64,000 bases of DNA. Origin: the human T2T-CHM13v2.0 reference genome, Homo sapiens. The position numbers were made by a program, and so were the translations under genes. Positions 55,511 through 64,000 of this stretch are shown here, piece by piece (position 1 is the stretch's first letter; every line of letters starts with the position of its first letter). The stretch lies in the NCBI RefSeq assembly GCF_009914755.1, contig NC_060926.1. One strand, written 5' to 3'. Under the pieces are notes generated by a model. That model saw nothing but the letters and a program-made list of their open reading frames with translations. It was not told the DNA's origin and made no database searches.

Positions 55511-55594
55511 ACTTACCTAAAAAGATCGACTCACAGGCCAAATTATTAAGTTACTTACCTAAAAAGATCGACTCACAGGCCAAATTATTAAGTT
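55511..55594 (+). repeat. Perfect 42-bp tandem duplication
   Basis: ACTTACCTAAAAAGATCGACTCACAGGCCAAATTATTAAGTT occurs twice (55511-55552 and 55553-55594). Confidence 0.95.
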
Positions 55595-55883
55595 CAGAAT
55601 CCACAGCATAAAATTAAGATCCTGAATGCTTTCACAGGGGAAAACACAGACAACCTGGGAGAGGAAGGGGGATTCAGCATTAGAGTTTATCAGCCATACT
55701 GCATGTTGAAAGATAATGGAACAATATCTTCAAAGCTCTGATGCTGAATTGTTTTGTTTGTTTGTTTGTTTTTGACATGGAGTCTTGCTCTGTCACCCAG
55801 GCTGGAGTACAGTGGCGCAATCTCAGCTCACTACAACCTCCGCCTCCTCGGGTACAAGCGGTTCTCCTGTCTCAGCCTCCTGA

Positions 55884-56123
<240 letters not shown>

Positions 56124-59100
56124 TAAAAATCTGTTTAATATTACTACAGGTATATTGTTCTGCCACTGAAGCTCCATATTACTGTCAAATAAAATAAAAC
56201 TGTAAATCCAGGAAATTTTTTAAATAAAAGTTTACCTAAAGCAACCAAGTGGCACCCTTAACAAATGAAATCGTGCTCTGCCTGACTTCGACCAGGCAGA
56301 ATTCACCAAAAGATACTGAAGAGCTTTCTTTGGAAAAAAAAAAAAAAAGCAATACTCAATTCTTTTCTTAGGAAACTGATTATCAAAGGAATCATAATTT
56401 ACCATGTACTTACCTGGTAAAAGACGAATCTGGAAAAAATTTGTTATCAAAGCAAATTGTCTCCATCTTTGATACACTGGTTTTATGAGTCAGTAGACAC
56501 TGGATGTACAACCAAAGCTCTGAAAAACATACTTCATAATTTTTTGGGCATCCCATTAACCCAGTGGAGAAATATAATGCAATAAAAGTATAATATCATC
56601 ATTTATGAATATCTGCTGAGCTCTTGTGTGTAAGAAGCTGCAAGGAGTGCTGTACTAATGTAAAAAAAATGTTTTTAAAAACCTCCAGTGTTAAAATATA
56701 TACAGGCTTGAAATGGAATAAATCTTCTATAACCTCCCTGGGTCTCACTGTCTTTATGTTAAAATTAGAAGGGGTAGGGTTAGAGTTGTATTAGGTGATC
56801 TTGAAGCCATTTCTAGTTCTTCAACCATATTCTCGCTCCTCCATCTTAATAAAAGACTAGTTGGAAAATGTGCTTTAGACTCTCAGTTCACCTGGACAGC
56901 TCGTTACATGTTTAATTAATAATTTTGGCAGGTGAATCTGTGCGGAAGTCTTGGGCTGGATGTGTGTGTTTGCCCGGCTCTCTGAATCCCCTTTTGTGAA
57001 GGCCGTGGTGCTACCACAGAGAGGCTTGTTTGCTGTCTGGTCCTAGAGCAGCTGCTGCTTTCTTCCTTTATCCTTTATCAAGCAAAAGAAAATGCAGTGA
57101 TGTTTGTGTGTGCTTCAGATGAGGAGAATGCACTCCACACAGGTTATTCTCTGGGTTAAAGTGGATGGGGTGAGCACAGAGGAGCTCAGTTCAATGGGAA
57201 GAGAGGTCGTGGCAGCATCTGCCCTCTTGTTTGTTTCAACGGTTTCAGTCTTGAGTATAGAATGTGTTCAGTGAGAGGCAAGCAGAAGAAGTTAAAAAAT
57301 GCACTACTGCTTAGTTTCTCAGCCATTTTGGGGAGTGGAGGTGGAGAGTGGGAGGGGAGAAAGGGACATACAGCTAGTTTTCTCTTTCTATTATTAAATC
57401 TCTTCTTATTTCATGATTTCCACTTCAGAGATTCTTATTGCAGTCTCTTTTGTGTAACTGCTAACTGACTAAGGAACACTATTTCATACTTATATGCAGG
57501 AAGTGGCAAAATTACAAACATTTTCAACCTCTGATATTAATGATCAAACTGCTTTCCACAGGCACTGGCCTCACACAGTCCTACAGGACCAAATATTTTA
57601 AACCAAAACCACTAAGAACGTAACAGCAAACATAGAACCATAAATATAGCAAAAGAGTAAACAAAGATGGAAAAATATGGGAAGATAACCAATATCATCA
57701 CTTCATGAGGGAAAGGGAAAAAAGCCACAAGAAAATAAGTAATTTTACAAGAGAGAGAAAAATAAAAGAAAGAAGAGAAACAGATGCAGAGTGAAGGCAA
57801 AAGGAAGAGAGAGAATGCACAGTAGACTGCAATAAAGACATGAATAATATTGTGTGTTCCCATGCTTTTGCATGTGACTTGCCTAGTCTGCTGTCTTTTA
57901 TTCTATATACCTGTGTGACTGGTCGTGATAAAAATGGGTATCTTCCCTTTGAAAGTCCAGCAAATAGTGCCGGGCACAGTGGCTCATGCCTATAATCCCA
58001 GCACTTTGGAAGGCTAAGGTGGCAGGATCACTTGAGCCCAGGAGTTTGAGACTAGCCTAGGCAACATAGTGAGACCCAGTCTCTACAAAATATAGAAAAA
58101 TTAGCCATGTGTAGTGGTGTGTGCCTGTAGTTCCAGCTACTCAGAAGGCTGAGGCAGGAGGATCACTTGACCCCAGGAGGTTGAGACTGCAGTAAGCCAT
58201 GATTGTGCCACCACACTCCAGTGTGGGTGACAGATAAGACCCTGTCTCAAAAAATAAAAAAAAAGGCCAGCAAATGAGTATAGGCATAGAAAAAAAGTCC
58301 AGATGAATGAATATACATCAATTTGTTAACAGTAATTACCTGAATGTGAGGGACTTCTATTTTCTATATTACACATTTCTCTCTTTTTTTTTTTTTTGGA
58401 ATGTTTTTCAAAGAGCACATATTTGAAGGAAGGAGATTAAATAGGTATAATTTCCTGGGAACTTAGATAATTAGAGTTCACCATTTTCCTCAGTTCCTGG
58501 CAGCCAGGGATGGCTACAATCTGTGACCCCTGGCATTGCTCCATGGGGCTTATAGTCAAGAGGGTACAATTTGGTCTTGTTTTATGGACAATCTTGTGAG
58601 CATGTTAGTCTCTTCCAATTTGTTTCTTAAGAACAAATTGGAAAGCTGAGACTAATTCAAGGCCAGGGAAGCCTTGTCCCTCAAGCCTGCACAGTTCGTT
58701 TCCAATTTGTTTCTTGAGAATAAAGACAGTATCATATCTCCTTGGAGCTTAGAGTAGCACTTACATATTTATTGATTGGTTGATTGCTAGATTCGCTTGG
58801 GAATTTGTTGCCTTTTCCCCCTATTCTGAATGGAATCTTCATTCTCTGGAAGTGTATAAGCAGGAACTACCTTTCCAGGCATTGGCAGTTTGGGAATGGA
58901 TGGCAGCCTCTTATGGTTCACACTTTCATTTAGATTCCATGAGGCAATTGCACACTTCTGCTTTAACCCAACACTCAGAGTCAGTCCCAAGACATCAGGT
59001 CAGGGAAGCCTTGTCCCTCAAGCCTGCACAGTTCCCAAGCCAACTCTGACCGAAGCAGGCAGTATTATCAGAAAGCTTTAATGCACCAGTGAAAAGGGTC

Positions 59101-60374
59101 TGGGACCATCTCCATGCTCTTCCCTATAGCCGTCCCTTCCCTTCCCTCGCTCCCTCAGCTCCTGCCACGATTCTAGATGGGCTACTGCTCCAACAATGGA
59201 TATGTTACTATGTTGGAGTGTTACTGCTGTTTTTACATCTCCTATAACATCTTTTAAGCCAAAGCGTTGGACAAACTTGAAACGAATGCTAGCCAGACTG
59301 GGCCTGATATCAACAACTTCCTTGGGGCAATGTTTTGGTCTTACCCTACAGTTAAGTTAGCCCTGTCTGGTCCCATTCTACTCCCCTTCCCTTGACAGAC
59401 TGCTCAGGAGGTTGCAGCATGCTATTTGCTGAGCCCATTTGGATTATGCCTATAAATGGCTCTAGATCCCTGAAATCCTCAGAATTTCAGTATGGAAGAG
59501 GCTCAGGTAGGGCAATCCCATTAGGAAGGGGTGGGGCTTAAAGTATCATTTGCATAGGAATTATATGACTGGGAAAATGTCATTAGACTAATAAAAAATG
59601 AGAGTGGCAGGAGGATCACATGCAACTAACATCCTCCTTCTCTTGTCCTGGCTCCCTCTTGGCACTGCTAAAGATCAAGGAACAGGGCACAAACAGCAAA
59701 GATAAATCCACTTGATTTTCCACAACTGTCTCACATATGGCATTACTTTTCCTCGCAAAACATGGAATATTTACACATTTTCTCTAACAGTACCTTTAGA
59801 TTACTCAGTAACATATTCATGATTGTCTCAAATGATTGGTATAGGAAACATGACATTCTGCCAGCAAGTTAGTTGAGAGTGCCCTAGAAACTGTCTGCCT
59901 GAACCTATAATCATTCAAACATAGACGCTAACTTTAGAGGGGCCCAATCAGCTACTAAGACAGATCTTTGTTGTACATGCGGCTTATGTTTATGCAGAAC
60001 TCCTAGTTCCTGAAAAGAATGTTCATTTGACTTAAAATATGTAAACAAGTAGCATACCAACATATTAAAATTAGAGAAACTAGAGGCCAAGATCGGAGAT
60101 TCTTCTCCAACCACAGAGTTGCTAAGAAATGATCGTGAAATCAAATCAAAAGGCTAACTTTACGGATTCAGATGGCAAAACAAAGAGGCAGGGTCAGGAA
60201 GGGAGAATGAGGCCCCTGGGTCTAGATGACAACTGCGCTGAAGCTGTGTGGTCCCGGGGTACCAGTTTCCCCCAGCAGCCACATTATATCAGTTAATCTT
60301 ACAACGTATTCACATAAAACAGCTTTTTATTAGAGATATGTAAGCACCTTGGCCCCTATTTCATGGTTTGTGCT

Positions 60375-60528
60375 CTTTCTTTTCTTTCCTTCCTTCCTTC
60401 TTTCTTTCCTTCCTTCTTTCCTTCCCTTCCTTCCTTCTTTCCTTCTTTCCTTCTTTCCTTCCTTCCTTCCTTGCTTCCTTCCTTCCTTCCTCCCTCCCTC
60501 CCTCTCTCTCTCTTTCTTTCTTTCTTTT
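60375..60528. repeat. (TTCC/TTTC/CCCT)n polypyrimidine repeat forming the tail of a minus-strand Alu
   Basis: About 150 bp almost entirely C/T, abutting the Alu at ~60528. Confidence 0.95.
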
Positions 60529-61260
60529 GACAGAGTCTCCCTCTGTCGCTCAGGATGGACTGCAGTGACACCATCCTGGCCCACTGCAACCTCCGCCTCC
60601 AGGGTTTAAGCTATTCTCCTTGCCTCAGTCTCCCGAATAGCTAGGATTACAAGTGCCCGCCCCATACCCGGCTAATTTTTGCATCTTTTAGTAGAGATGG
60701 GGTTTCGCCATGTTGGCCAGGCTGATCTTGAACTCCTGACCTCAGGTGATCTGCCCGCCTCGGCCTCTCAAAATGCTGGGATTACAGGCATAAGCCACCA
60801 CACCCAGCCTGTGTTTTCAAATATCTTATAGTAATCCTAATATATATATATATAAATCTAAACTTGTGAGACAAATTACAAGATGATGTTATTTACTATA
60901 AGACAAACATTTTTAAAAAATTATTTACTTCATGTCACATAATCCCTTAGAGCATTTAAAAATGCAAATATTCAATTAAAAATTCAATACATACATTACA
61001 GAACCTGCATAATTTAACTTTTATTACAAACTATATACAAATTTAGACACACTCATGGTATAAGTCTATAATATTAAGTTCAAGAAGGAGGAAGGAAAAA
61101 TGGGTTTTTCAAAAATATGCATATCGGAATTTATTTGATTTATATCTTTTATAAATAAAAAGATTTTAAAAGATGTGAATAAGACATGATCTTTTGAAAA
61201 TCAAGGTAAAGACCTATAAAATAATAATCACAATCAAAATATTTTAACATTCAAGAATGA

Positions 61261-61672
<412 letters not shown>

Positions 61673-61914
61673 TAATGGTAAGAATTCAAATCAGTGAAGT
61701 GCCATAATATAATTAACCTTCATTTCACAGATAGGAGCACGGACAGAAATGGAGTAGAGAAGTGACTCAGTAGCGGTTACTCATCTAAATAAAAGCACTC
61801 TAATGCTCAAGATCACAGAATGTTAAAATTGCAAGGGATCCTAGATATCAGTGATCTAGCCCTTTATCTTGTTGGTCACTATGTATATATCCCTTTTTTT
61901 TTTTTTTTTTTTGA

Positions 61915-62251
<337 letters not shown>

Positions 62252-63914
62252 TGAGAAGGATGTGTATGAGAGAAGCCAGATCCAGGGTCAGTGGATGAGC
62301 TATCACCTGTGCAAGTTCATATTTGCTTCATTTCTAGCTCATCCCAGATATCTACATTCCATGCCGAACTTATTGAGGATTTCCTCACTGGATTCCACTA
62401 CTGCTGGTGCCACCTGGGTCCTCATAGTGTTTCCTTTTCCTTTTAGTTGTAGGGGAATAAAGCATTCATTTATTTTCCAAGGGTTGGCTGAGTTAAGTCA
62501 CATGAACATGTGTTCTATTTCAGATGGGTTTGAAACTAGGCTTGATGCCTTAAGGAATAGGGATGTCTAGATTTCTTTTTTCTGTACACTTCTTAAGACT
62601 CTGTGGCCAGCTAACTCTCAGGCTCCTTTGCTGCACTCAGATTGCTGGCCTCAGTTACACAGAGGACAGATTTGCCACATTCAAAAATGCTCTCCCTGGA
62701 ATTGAAATGAGTTTGCAAAAGGTAGGAGTACATTTTATTCTCATTCTTGTGCATCTTATTTACCCTGATGGAAAGCATTACTTCTCTTTATCTTTCAAGG
62801 TGACCCAAAAGCATCCAAAACCAGGTTTTCCAGAATTATAGCATGTGTCCTCTAATGAAATGCCAACATTCACTCTCTTTAAAAGTAAAAATATCAAGAT
62901 TATATAGTCATTAAAAAGAATAAGTCTGAACTAAGTGTTCTAAGATTTGATGCCTATGATGACTGGAATGGAAAAAGCAAGTCATATGATTCTATTTAAA
63001 ATACTTACATTTGCCTGTGTGTAAAAGGCAAAGATCTCAATTGAGCACACGGTGGTTAACTGGGGAGTGGGACTATGGTATGTACAGAGGGCGAGGAAGG
63101 GGCTTGCACTTGTTCCTTATTTCTGAATTGTTCTGAATTGTCTAGATTATTCACTGAGTGTGTAGTGCTTAAAAATTAATTAGAAGACATCACACACATT
63201 CACTGAGAATCCTAATCAATCTTCACTGCATTTAAAGTCTGGAAACGGTTACATTCTCAGTTTGACTGGTTTCATGCAGTGTTCAATTGCTTCACCTGAC
63301 ATTCCTCGGGTATCGGGTTCTGTGCCGGGCACGGAGGCTACTAAGATGAATAACACCTGGTCCATGACAGGATGGCATCTACCCCAGAACACAGGTAAGA
63401 GAGACAGTGAATTTGGTAAAAATGGGCACCGTCATCAGTAGGCATACATCAGCTCCCTCATCTGATTCACAATTGGCCTTCTGTAGGCTTCTTCTCTTGG
63501 CAATGCAATTGGCAGGCGTCATCCTTTTATACTTAAACTCCAAATTTAGGATTAAGACTCCAGTTAATACTGCCAAGCAGAAGGCGTCCTTGGAGAAAGA
63601 GAAGTCTCCTGAACATACCCACTGGGGTACCTAGAATAGATTTTGCAGCGACACACAGATCCTGTGTTGTCTGGAGTCTCTGCTGAGTAATGTAGATTCT
63701 GGGACAGCAAAAGGGGAGCTGGTGACTTTGAACCAAATTTTACCTTTCAACTGAATCCAGGGGAATAATTTGCAACAGAGTGGCAGACGATACAAAGTGC
63801 TATGTTGAACACTAGATTGTGCTTTATTTTTTCCGCCCAACTTCACGTTTCCATGCACCAAAATGTTGATGCTATAAATATTGGATGCCACGCTTACCTG
63901 ACAGGCTTCTTCCA

Positions 63915-64000
63915 TCCCACCTGGGCGCGGGGGCTCAGAGCGAGCGCGCGAGCCGCGGCTGGAGCCCGCCTCTCGCGGCTGGAGAGGACTCAGCCGGCCG
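63915..64000. promoter_or_regulatory. Edge of a CpG island/promoter, probably of METAP1D (the gene downstream of HAT1 in human)
   Basis: Abrupt switch to GC- and CpG-rich sequence (gggcgcgggg, gagcgagcgcgcgagccgcgg). The gene identity is inferred from recalled synteny and is not visible in the window. Confidence 0.65.

Noticed and set aside
54990-55745. Purine-rich, coding-looking segment
   Set aside because: Resembles a decayed L1/HAL1 ORF1-type remnant interrupted by a MIR-like piece, with no intact ORF. The family call is too uncertain to list as a feature.
60330-60609. Lys/Glu/Arg/Gly-rich and Phe/Leu/Pro/Ser-rich ORFs
   Set aside because: Translations of the TTCC simple repeat.

Overview
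Primate (most likely human chr2q31) genomic DNA that is very rich in Alu and L1 repeats. The + strand carries the 3' part of HAT1 (histone acetyltransferase 1): nine GT-AG coding exons (exons 3-11, 1148 nt of the 1260-nt CDS), the stop codon at 47570-47572 and two AATAAA signals. Intron 8 contains an antisense, disabled processed pseudogene of PDAP1, inserted into an old L1 fragment and later interrupted by an Alu. Intron 4 contains an MLT1 (ERVL-MaLR) LTR plus internal region. Exons 5-8 lie in a ~7 kb Alu-free island that looks like constrained regulatory DNA. The last ~80 bp enter a CpG-rich promoter edge, probably of METAP1D. Almost all ORFs in the supplied track are Alu/L1 artefacts. I found no CRISPR array, RNA gene or wholly new system. 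The best leads are the PDAP1 retrocopy, the Alu-free island with CpG retention around exon 7, the Alu strand switch around exon 4, and several local template-switch or duplication scars. Repeat boundaries and subfamily calls are approximate and were made by eye.
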